In this document: piece after piece, positions 7,648-15,081 of the stretch
Layout: every line of letters starts with the position of its first letter
Numbering within the stretch: position 1 is the first letter of the stretch
Position numbers and translations under genes: made by a program
Source: Escherichia phage HMD-P3
Reading direction: 5' to 3' (one strand)
DNA length: 64,000 nucleotides
Sequence record: PQ462667.1
Notes under the pieces: generated by a model
Seen by the model: only the letters and a program-made list of their open reading frames with translations
What the model was told of the DNA's origin: nothing
The model's database searches: none

Positions 7648-7705
7648 ATTTAAAAATATATTATACATATAATTTAGTAGATTAGCAAATACATTTTTAA
7701 ATTGT
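7648..7705 (-). promoter_or_regulatory. T5-type early promoter (minus strand)
   Basis: Reverse complement aaaaatgtatttgctaatctactaaattatatgtataatatattttt. Confidence 0.55.
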
Positions 7706-8071
7706 GAAACTAGTAAACCGATAAACAGCCTAGAGGCGCCACAGGCCATACCTTATGAGCCATGTACCTTTGATCTAGGGTTTTAATCATCAACGAATAC
7801 TTTGCATCTTTTAGCTTTAGAAGTTTAGAAGTTTGAGTTCTTTAAACTTTTCAGCTTTCATACTTAAATGTTGATCTTTGAAGTTGTGTCGGTAATATCA
7901 ACGACGCTTTGTTTTTACGTGTCAGCTTAAAAGGCTGGTGTAATAAACATAATCTCCAATAGATTATACTTTATAGTATGGTCAGCGGTCCTATTTAACC
8001 TCGTATTTCAACCGCTGCTGCGAGGTAAGATGCTTGGGCTTTCGTCTACCGATTTACTAGCTTTTAAATTA

Positions 8072-8710
8072 TTACTCTACTTCAATGAAGGTAGAGGCGT
8101 TAGACTCGGACAGAACAAAGTCAACATTTGTTGCAAAGTCCTGATATTCCTCGTCATGCTGCTTAATCAGCTTTTCCAGTTCCAGCGGATCAATCAAGAA
8201 TGGAGTATTCTTGAGTTCCAGCAGGTTGAGCTGCATTTTAACTTCATCTTCGGAAGTTTTCTTATCGCGAGTAGCCATGCTATCCTGCAAACGCTCATAT
8301 TTAGCATCAAACTGTGCTTTCTGCGTATTAAACTTAACCGTAGCGGCATGGAACTGCTTACGCATGTTAGCAAGCAGTTGAGCTTTAAGTTCCATAGAAC
8401 GCTTAGCTTCAATTGCTTCCGCAACAGTCATCTTACGAGAGCCAATCTCAACGATTGTTTCTGCATTGCTCTTAATCAGAGCAGATTTGATACTATCACG
8501 CTTAGACATCATATCCAGCAGAGACTGGAAATCAGTCTTAATACGAGTAGACAGATCGGCTACTTCGATTGCAGCGCCAACTACAACCTGGTTTTTATCC
8601 TTACCTTCACCAACAGCGATCAGAAGCTGCTGTTCAGTAGCTTTACGGATTTTAGCTTCCAGAGATTTGATAGTTGCCAGAGCACGAGTTTTAGAAATAC
8701 GAGTAGTCAT
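8072..8710 (-). CDS. hypothetical protein (212 aa)
   Basis: ORF with RBS; overlapping plus-strand ORFs are shadow frames; followed by a roughly 440-bp non-coding tail. Confidence 0.55.
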   Translation of the reverse strand: MTTRISKTRALATIKSLEAKIRKATEQQLLIAVGEGKDKNQVVVGAAIEVADLSTRIKTDFQSLLDMMSKRDSIKSALIKSNAETIVEIGSRKMTVAEAIEAKRSMELKAQLLANMRKQFHAATVKFNTQKAQFDAKYERLQDSMATRDKKTSEDEVKMQLNLLELKNTPFLIDPLELEKLIKQHDEEYQDFATNVDFVLSESNASTFIEVE

Positions 8711-8763
8711 TATTTGCTTCCTTATATGAAGTTTGAGATTTGAATTTGTTTGAATTTGGTCTA

Positions 8764-8946
8764 TTACAGACCAATTGCCAGCAGAGTGCGCAGAACAGTA
8801 TCGTTACTGTTATCAATTTTAGGATTAGCACGATTTAGTAGATTAAAGATTTTCTGGATACCTGATTGACGTTCAGCCATACGACGGATACCCAGATTAC
8901 GAGTAGCTTTCTTACCATTTTTACGAACATTTTTAGATACTGGCAT
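8764..8946 (-). CDS. small basic protein (60 aa)
   Basis: Lys/Arg-rich N-terminus; T5-type promoter immediately upstream (8962-9018). Confidence 0.4.
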   Translation of the reverse strand: MPVSKNVRKNGKKATRNLGIRRMAERQSGIQKIFNLLNRANPKIDNSNDTVLRTLLAIGL

Positions 8947-9016
8947 ATTTGTTTTCCTTTTATTGTTTTCTCAAATTTATGAATATATTATACAGAATTT
9001 TGGAGCCGGAAGCAAA

Positions 9017-9718
9017 TCAAATTTTCATTTTTTCGATCATAGCTGCAACACAATAGCTCTCAACTAAGGCATCAAATGCAGGATCATGCTTAACCGGATA
9101 AATCCCATAACGAATAGTGTCCATCTTCTCCATTTTAGCTATTGCCCAGCTAATACCTTCGGTCTCTAGAGCTTTATAACTGTATCCAGCTTGCATCCAG
9201 AGATTACGAAGAGATCGAACATTGCCCAAATTCCAGAATTTCCACGGAACTACTTCTTCATTGGTTCCAGCATGGAACGTGTTTGCAGAGTAGATAGTCA
9301 TATCAAACTCTGGGCCATTGCCATAATACAAAGCATTTTCGCCTAGAGCCAACTCCATAATATTTTTAGCCATAGAGAAGGCAGCATAGTTTGAGCCAAG
9401 TTTATTAGTGCAATGATGTTTACCATTTTGGAAGGCAATCAGTTTTGGATTACGCTCGTTCATAGCTTCCATAATGTGGATAGCAGACGGGCTATTTTTA
9501 GCTTGATCCATCCAGAATGCTAGAGTAGATGCTGTAACTTTGGCACCAGAATTAAGTTGATCTTGCACATCCAAAGTAACAAATACTAGATCAGGGTCTT
9601 TATCAATCCCATGCATAGCTACAAAAGCGAAAGAAGGCATTGCGATATGAGTAGTACCACAATCTCCTGGAGTTCCTAGAGATTCAATATCTAGCATACC
9701 AAATGGTTTTACTTTCAT
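9017..9718 (-). CDS. putative DnaQ-like (DEDDh) 3'-5' exonuclease
   Basis: N-terminal Exo I-like GMLDIESLGT and C-terminal Exo III-like HDPAFDAL (H-x4-D-A); middle motif not clearly seen. Confidence 0.45.
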   Translation of the reverse strand: MKVKPFGMLDIESLGTPGDCGTTHIAMPSFAFVAMHGIDKDPDLVFVTLDVQDQLNSGAKVTASTLAFWMDQAKNSPSAIHIMEAMNERNPKLIAFQNGKHHCTNKLGSNYAAFSMAKNIMELALGENALYYGNGPEFDMTIYSANTFHAGTNEEVVPWKFWNLGNVRSLRNLWMQAGYSYKALETEGISWAIAKMEKMDTIRYGIYPVKHDPAFDALVESYCVAAMIEKMKI

Positions 9719-9746
9719 AAGTTATCCTTTATTGTGTAGAAAACTA

Positions 9747-9968
9747 TTAAAGAGCTGTCTCTTTAATAGACTCCCACTTCTTGGGGTCTTTAAAACCAGG
9801 GAGCATATCCTCACTGACATCCCAGTTCTCCTCCATATAGAGGTCATCTAAGTCTAACTCACCCACTGCTAAATCCATTACCTCATGACTAGAAAGTCGT
9901 GTATAATCCCTAGCGGACTTATGAGTGCTAGCACGGTTAAAATCATTCTTTGCTACAAAATTACGCAT
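9747..9968 (-). CDS. hypothetical protein (73 aa)
   Basis: ORF co-oriented in the operon; no motif. Confidence 0.4.
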   Translation of the reverse strand: MRNFVAKNDFNRASTHKSARDYTRLSSHEVMDLAVGELDLDDLYMEENWDVSEDMLPGFKDPKKWESIKETAL

Positions 9969-10009
9969 AGTTTCTCCGATTAAGAGGGGCTTTCGCCCCT
10001 ATTTATCTA

Positions 10010-10525
10010 TTACTTCGCTTTACGCTTGCGAGCTGGTTTAGCAGATTTACGAGCAGAATCACCCGTGAACTTAATGCCTACACCGTAACACAGAGCACGA
10101 ACATTATCTTTACTATACTCTACACCAAAGATATTTGGCTTAACAGAACCAAACTGTCCACGAGTATCACGCAATACATCTGCTGTTGGTTTACGCTTCT
10201 GGTTAACTGCCTTCTCATAGTCTTTCATAGACATACCATTACGAGAGAACAATTCAGCCCCAGCGTTGAAGCTCAGGGAAACTGGGACAGATTTGTGGCC
10301 GTAATTTTCTACATACATAACCATTTTGTAGGATTTACGGGTGGCATTTTTAGCTTTAGGCTTCTGACGAATCGGAGCCGGATTATTCAGTGCTTGCGCA
10401 GCCTGAGCATCGGTAGGATGCTTACGCAGGTGACGTTCCAGACGAGCTTTGCGATTAGCCTCAGTCTTCGGGAAAGTTTTAACTGCCGGAGCTGCTTGAG
10501 TTTTTGCGTTTTTCTGCTTAGCCAT
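10010..10525 (-). CDS. hypothetical basic protein (171 aa)
   Basis: Lys/Arg-rich termini; T5-type promoter upstream (about 10548-10606). Confidence 0.5.
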   Translation of the reverse strand: MAKQKNAKTQAAPAVKTFPKTEANRKARLERHLRKHPTDAQAAQALNNPAPIRQKPKAKNATRKSYKMVMYVENYGHKSVPVSLSFNAGAELFSRNGMSMKDYEKAVNQKRKPTADVLRDTRGQFGSVKPNIFGVEYSKDNVRALCYGVGIKFTGDSARKSAKPARKRKAK

Positions 10526-10608
10526 TATTTGTTTTCCTTTTTGTTTATCAATTTATGAAGTATATTATACGAGAATTTGAAGCGTTTAGCAAATGAATTT
10601 TTTAAAAA

Positions 10609-10887
10609 TTATCTACCAACCATCTTAGCTTGTTCGGCATCTGAGACATATTGATACGCCCCTTTATTATACGCTGGAGCAGTACACATTTTCTTACGCT
10701 CAATCTCTTCTTGAGCTTTTCTTTCGCGTTCAGCTAACTCTTCGTCCAGATAAACTAAACGTTGCTCTGGAGGAGGTGGAAGACGTGTTTCTGGCTCACC
10801 AATATTAGCCTTTCTTATTTGACGAGGTGATTGTGCACGTTTTCTCAATGGCTTAAATCCTAATGAATTTGAGTTATAAATCCGCAT
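10609..10887 (-). CDS. hypothetical protein (92 aa)
   Basis: ORF with T5-type promoter upstream (about 10900-10960). Confidence 0.45.
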   Translation of the reverse strand: MRIYNSNSLGFKPLRKRAQSPRQIRKANIGEPETRLPPPPEQRLVYLDEELAERERKAQEEIERKKMCTAPAYNKGAYQYVSDAEQAKMVGR

Positions 10888-10963
10888 AAAGCCCTCCTCA
10901 CTTTCAATATGAATATTATACTAAATTAGAGGGCTTTAAGCAAGTGAATTTTTAATTTATTTA

Positions 10964-11440
10964 TTACATCTCAGCCATTTCAGCTTCAGTAATAACTGTA
11001 TTACACAATGCATCTACAGCTTCATTACCACTAATACCAGAATGTCCTTTGACCTTAATAAAGGTAGGGTTAGTGTTATGAAAGTTGATATACTGCTGTG
11101 TTAATTTAAATGCTTCCTGCCAAAGTTCTAGATTAAGAGGAACTTCACCATCTGCTTTCTTCCATCCTTTCCTTTGCCAAGAAAACATCCAACTTTCCAT
11201 GCCATTTTTGCAATAAGCAGAGTCAGTATAGATAGCAATTGGTCTATTATCTTTTTTAACAGACCAACGTAGAGCTTCTACAATAGCTGTGAGTTCCATC
11301 TCATTATTTGTAGTTTTAGGATTATAACCAGATTTAGAACCTAAACGATCGTCGTTATCATCATAGACAATAAAACCCCAAGCACCTGGACCTGGATTAG
11401 ACTTACAAGCACCATCTGTGTAAATGTGGAAAACGCTCAC
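10964..11440 (-). CDS. rnhA: ribonuclease HI
   Basis: N-terminal IYTDGACKSNPGPGAWG and downstream TNNEMELTAI...IYTDSAY...GHSGISGNEAVDAL match the RNase H fold motifs. Confidence 0.85.
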   Translation of the reverse strand: MSVFHIYTDGACKSNPGPGAWGFIVYDDNDDRLGSKSGYNPKTTNNEMELTAIVEALRWSVKKDNRPIAIYTDSAYCKNGMESWMFSWQRKGWKKADGEVPLNLELWQEAFKLTQQYINFHNTNPTFIKVKGHSGISGNEAVDALCNTVITEAEMAEM

Positions 11441-11985
11441 TTATTAAGTTCCTCTACTGGTGGGTAATAGTTGGTATAGAAATCTTCTATAACTGCTTCG
11501 CTACCATGAAGTGTTTTTCTTAGTTCATTAGCCTTTATGACCGCACTTTCTAGATCTAAGTAGTCAAAAACACCCCCGTAAATATTTTTACCATTATTAT
11601 CAATTACCTGTACTTGCCATTTCTGTAGTTGTTTGTTCCAGTGTACACCTAGATATCCAGATTTACTCGATGCGGTACAATTTCTATTATTAGACTGGCT
11701 TGTAGCTTCTCTTAGATTTATCCACCTATTATCTGACCTAATTCTATTTTTGTGGTCTATTAAATCAGGTATTGATCCTGTCATGTATAGAAAGGCTAAC
11801 CTATGTGCTAAATAATCTATTTTATCTATCTTAATAGTTATATAGCCATCTTTTCTTAGGTATCCAGCGGGCGAACCTGCTTTTCCTCCCCTACCACGAC
11901 TCACCTTATTAGTAAATATACCAGTATCTGGATCATAGATTAGTATTTCTTTTAATCTTTCTTGGCTAGGTAGCTTTTTACTCAT
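11437..11985 (-). CDS. HNH homing endonuclease with AP2-type DNA-binding domain
   Basis: HNH motif DHKNRIRSDNRWINLREATSQSNNRN; C-terminal GYLGVHWNKQLQKWQVQV...GGVFDYLDLESAVIKANE resembles an AP2 domain; free-standing between rnhA and the next gene. Confidence 0.75.
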   Translation of the reverse strand: MSKKLPSQERLKEILIYDPDTGIFTNKVSRGRGGKAGSPAGYLRKDGYITIKIDKIDYLAHRLAFLYMTGSIPDLIDHKNRIRSDNRWINLREATSQSNNRNCTASSKSGYLGVHWNKQLQKWQVQVIDNNGKNIYGGVFDYLDLESAVIKANELRKTLHGSEAVIEDFYTNYYPPVEELNK

Positions 11986-12361
11986 CTAACCATCCTATGT
12001 CTATACTAAGTAGTGCTTTTATTCCTGTAATACCTGTACCATAAGTATTATATCGAATAGCACTTCTGCTCTTTACTTCAAGTATATTTTCATGCTCTGT
12101 ATTTTCTAGAATTTCTGTAGATATACCTAAATATCCTAATTGATCTTCCTCGTCCCAACCCATATCTTCTAGAAGATTTAGACGTAACTCTACCTTCTCA
12201 TCTCCATTTCCTACAGAGTAGTGGTCTTCTAAAGTCCTGAATTTAGAAGTGATAGAATCTAGTATTAATAATACCTGTTCCTTAGTAATAGTTTCTTTAT
12301 CACCCTGTAAGTAATTGGAGTAATTCAGAAGGGCTTGTTCTAATTCAATTTCTTTACTCAT
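11978..12361 (-). CDS. hypothetical acidic protein (127 aa)
   Basis: ORF overlapping the HNH gene start by 8 nt; promoter with a palindrome upstream. Confidence 0.5.
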   Translation of the reverse strand: MSKEIELEQALLNYSNYLQGDKETITKEQVLLILDSITSKFRTLEDHYSVGNGDEKVELRLNLLEDMGWDEEDQLGYLGISTEILENTEHENILEVKSRSAIRYNTYGTGITGIKALLSIDIGWLDE

Positions 12362-12387
12362 TTTATTATCCTTTTGTACTTATTGAG

Positions 12388-12440
12388 TATATTATATTTG
12401 AAATTGTACTCAATAAGCGAGTACAATTTCAAATATAATA
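12388..12440. promoter_or_regulatory. perfect 17-bp inverted repeat (7-bp spacer) overlapping a promoter
   Basis: tatttgaaattgtactc-aataagc-gagtacaatttcaaata; the right arm runs into a TATAAT element on the minus strand. Confidence 0.5.
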
Positions 12441-12460
12441 GCCCCGAAGGGCTACTTAAG

Positions 12461-13300
12461 TTAAGAGGACATCTTAGCTTTAAGAGCTGGATGTGGATCA
12501 TATCCTTCCAGCTTGAAAGACCAGGCCGCAGTATTATTCTCTAATAAATCATAAAGATCTACAAATTCTGGCATTACTAGAGCTGGCAAAGGACGTGGTT
12601 TACGTTTCAATTGCTCCTCTACTTGCCCTATATGATCACTATAAATATGTGTATCTCCACCACTAAAGATGAGATAACGAGGTTTTAATCCAGTCAGTTT
12701 TGCTAGGATATGTGTTAGTAAAGCATAACTAGCAATATTGAAAGGTAGACCTAGAAAACAGTCTACAGAACGTTGTGTCCATTTAAGATCTAAGTATCCA
12801 TCATTACTTACGTAACATTGGAAACCATAGTGACACGGTGGTAATGCCATCTTATCCAGTTCAGCTACGTTCCATGCAGATACTAGGTGTCTACGACCAT
12901 GTGGATTATTCTTGAGACCCTCAATGAGTTCTAGGATCTGATCTCGTCCACCAAAGTTGCGCCATTGTTTACCATATACTGGCCCCAGATTACCTCTGTC
13001 ATAACCCATGCTTATGGCTTGGTCTTCATAATTTGGAGTCCAGATAGTCCACTGTCCTTCGTCACGCCCAAATGTGAATACTCGTAGATCATGGAGATTT
13101 GTAGATCCAGATAAAAACCATAGGAGTTCTCCAACTACCGATTTCCAAGCTAGACGTTTAGTGGTTACAGCTGGAAATCCTTCACGTAGATCGAACTTAG
13201 CATAGGAATCGAAAATCGAAACTGTGCCTGTCCCCGTACGATCGTTACGTGGTTCACCTAGTAAAATTACATCTGTTAGAATTTTTAAATATTGTTGCAT
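12461..13300 (-). CDS. thyA: thymidylate synthase
   Basis: Catalytic region ALPPCHYGFQCYV plus conserved TGTGT and WxxW motifs; 279 aa. Confidence 0.9.
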   Translation of the reverse strand: MQQYLKILTDVILLGEPRNDRTGTGTVSIFDSYAKFDLREGFPAVTTKRLAWKSVVGELLWFLSGSTNLHDLRVFTFGRDEGQWTIWTPNYEDQAISMGYDRGNLGPVYGKQWRNFGGRDQILELIEGLKNNPHGRRHLVSAWNVAELDKMALPPCHYGFQCYVSNDGYLDLKWTQRSVDCFLGLPFNIASYALLTHILAKLTGLKPRYLIFSGGDTHIYSDHIGQVEEQLKRKPRPLPALVMPEFVDLYDLLENNTAAWSFKLEGYDPHPALKAKMSS

Positions 13301-13833
13301 TAATAAGTAACCAATTCCTGTACAAATCGCAGGCTGTTATCACTGTTTGCGCCAGTTGCGTAAACTAAACGAGTAGATTCATAGTTGTAATCTAGAATCG
13401 TATTATCCAGATGTACATCTGCCTCTAGTTTTTGATTACTAAAGATTGTGGATACGAAAGCACTTTCAATATGACCATGAATATACATTTCGTACAGTAA
13501 TGTTGCGCCACCTAAAACCACTGTCTGTTGATCTTTTAAGAATGTAGGTAATGTATCCCCAATCTTAGAAATTGGAGTGTAAATACCATGTTTAATATCA
13601 TCAGGCAGAGGACGATCCGCACGAATAAAGAGGTCAGATTCTCCAATCATACGTTGCCGAACAACTTCTGGAAGTGCTAAATAAGTACCCGCACCAATGA
13701 TGATGTTATCTGGGTTCAACACGTCCAGTTGAGAGTAGAAAGCATCTAGTTCTTCTTTGAAGGAACCCCATGGAAGTTTACCTCGGAGGCCGAACTCCCC
13801 ATTCGGCCCAACTGCATATAATGCCGTTATCAT
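13300..13833 (-). CDS. frd: dihydrofolate reductase
   Basis: N-terminal MITALYAVGPNGEFGLRGKLPW and VVLGGATLLYEM fit the DHFR pattern; ATGA overlap with thyA. Confidence 0.8.
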   Translation of the reverse strand: MITALYAVGPNGEFGLRGKLPWGSFKEELDAFYSQLDVLNPDNIIIGAGTYLALPEVVRQRMIGESDLFIRADRPLPDDIKHGIYTPISKIGDTLPTFLKDQQTVVLGGATLLYEMYIHGHIESAFVSTIFSNQKLEADVHLDNTILDYNYESTRLVYATGANSDNSLRFVQELVTY

Positions 13834-14975
13834 AAGAAATCTCCAAATTCATTGCCCAGATCTTTCAGAGTATCAGTAGAGGTCTCAGTTACCTGACCTA
13901 CACGGTATGCTGCACCAATCTGGATTTCTTGTGGAGCAGGCTGTAGAGAAGTAGTATCCAACCAGTTCATGATCCACGGAATAGGGTTTTTGGTAATTAC
14001 TGGTAAGTGACTAGGCCATTCTACACCAATGTGCATAAATGCGTTACGTCCCACAAAGTACAAATACTCTTCTAGAAGTTCTGCGTTCAAACCAATCAGG
14101 CTACGACCTTTGAAAATGAAATGACCCCATTCAATTTCAGTTTTCAGAGTTTTCAGGAGCTGTGCTGGTGCTTTAGCCACTGCTTCATCTACCAGATCTT
14201 TGTCAAATTGCTGAAACATAATCTGGATGATTGCTTTGGACATCTGAGTATGCAGAGCTTCATCTTTAGCGATTAATTGCAGATTTTTAGCAATACCTTG
14301 CAGAATATCGTTCTCTGCTAATGCAAAGGTACATGCAAAGGATGCGTAAAACTGCATTGCTTCCAGACCATAGATCGCAAAGTAAGCGTCTAATAGTTTA
14401 GCCTGAGTTTCACGTTTAACTTCAGGGAACTCAGTTTCTGGGTATGTATTGTCGCCACGATGATCGCGTACTGCGATGAAATACTGACCTAACTGGTACA
14501 GTTCATCGAATAGTTCAACAGAATCAGCGATGCGTGCGAATGCTTCTTGGTTTTTGGTTACAGAATCAATAAATTCTGCTGGATCAGTTAACACATTACG
14601 AATAATATTGCTATAAGCACGACTATGCAGATCTTCAAAATAGCTCCACTGCTTGAGCATACCTTCCAATTCTGGACGACTTACAAGCGGCATAATAGCT
14701 GCTTCAGGAGCACGACTGATAAAGGAGTCGGTTTGGGTTTGCCATGCTAAGTTCAGGAGTGTAATTTCCTGAATTTCACGCGGAAGGTTAGGCCATTGTT
14801 TCTTATCTGCTTCCAGACTGATTTCAGTTTCAGTCCAAAATTGAGAGCGTTGCAGTAGTGCCAGACGTTCTAGTTCTGGATGTGCTACACGTACGTAATC
14901 TGCGATACCGAGAGAATCTCCCAGGAAAAGGTCAGCGTTAGTATGATCCCAATTCAGGTTTAGTAAAGTAGTCAT
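13830..14975 (-). CDS. nrdB: ribonucleotide reductase class Ia, small (beta) subunit
   Basis: 381-aa ORF immediately downstream of nrdA, acidic/aromatic C-terminal tail; call rests mainly on context and length. Confidence 0.8.
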   Translation of the reverse strand: MTTLLNLNWDHTNADLFLGDSLGIADYVRVAHPELERLALLQRSQFWTETEISLEADKKQWPNLPREIQEITLLNLAWQTQTDSFISRAPEAAIMPLVSRPELEGMLKQWSYFEDLHSRAYSNIIRNVLTDPAEFIDSVTKNQEAFARIADSVELFDELYQLGQYFIAVRDHRGDNTYPETEFPEVKRETQAKLLDAYFAIYGLEAMQFYASFACTFALAENDILQGIAKNLQLIAKDEALHTQMSKAIIQIMFQQFDKDLVDEAVAKAPAQLLKTLKTEIEWGHFIFKGRSLIGLNAELLEEYLYFVGRNAFMHIGVEWPSHLPVITKNPIPWIMNWLDTTSLQPAPQEIQIGAAYRVGQVTETSTDTLKDLGNEFGDFL

Positions 14976-14989
14976 TGATTTTCCTCTTT

Positions 14990-15050
14990 CTCACTATTTC
15001 AGGAATATTATAGCAAATCTGGTAGAGATTAGCAAGTAAAATTTCAAAGA
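14990..15050 (-). promoter_or_regulatory. T5-type early promoter for nrdB
   Basis: Reverse complement ...ttttacTTGCTAatctctaccagatttgcTATAATattcc (17-bp spacer). Confidence 0.55.
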
Positions 15051-15081
15051 AAAAGGAGACCCGAAGATCTCCTTGTTTTTA
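15041..15081 (-). terminator. hairpin terminator downstream of nrdA
   Basis: Stem aaggaga/tctcctt with 8-nt loop, flanked by A/T runs on both sides. Confidence 0.5.

Noticed and set aside
7780-7870. Local direct repeat tttagaag-tttagaag in the non-coding tail after gene 8072-8710 as a possible regulatory repeat
   Set aside because: Only two short adjacent copies in AT-rich sequence, indistinguishable from chance without comparative data.
8030-8743. 237-aa plus-strand ORF overlapping the whole of gene 8072-8710
   Set aside because: Shadow frame; Leu/Phe/Ser-rich junk translation typical of the antisense of an AT-rich gene; the minus-strand ORF has the RBS and promoter context.
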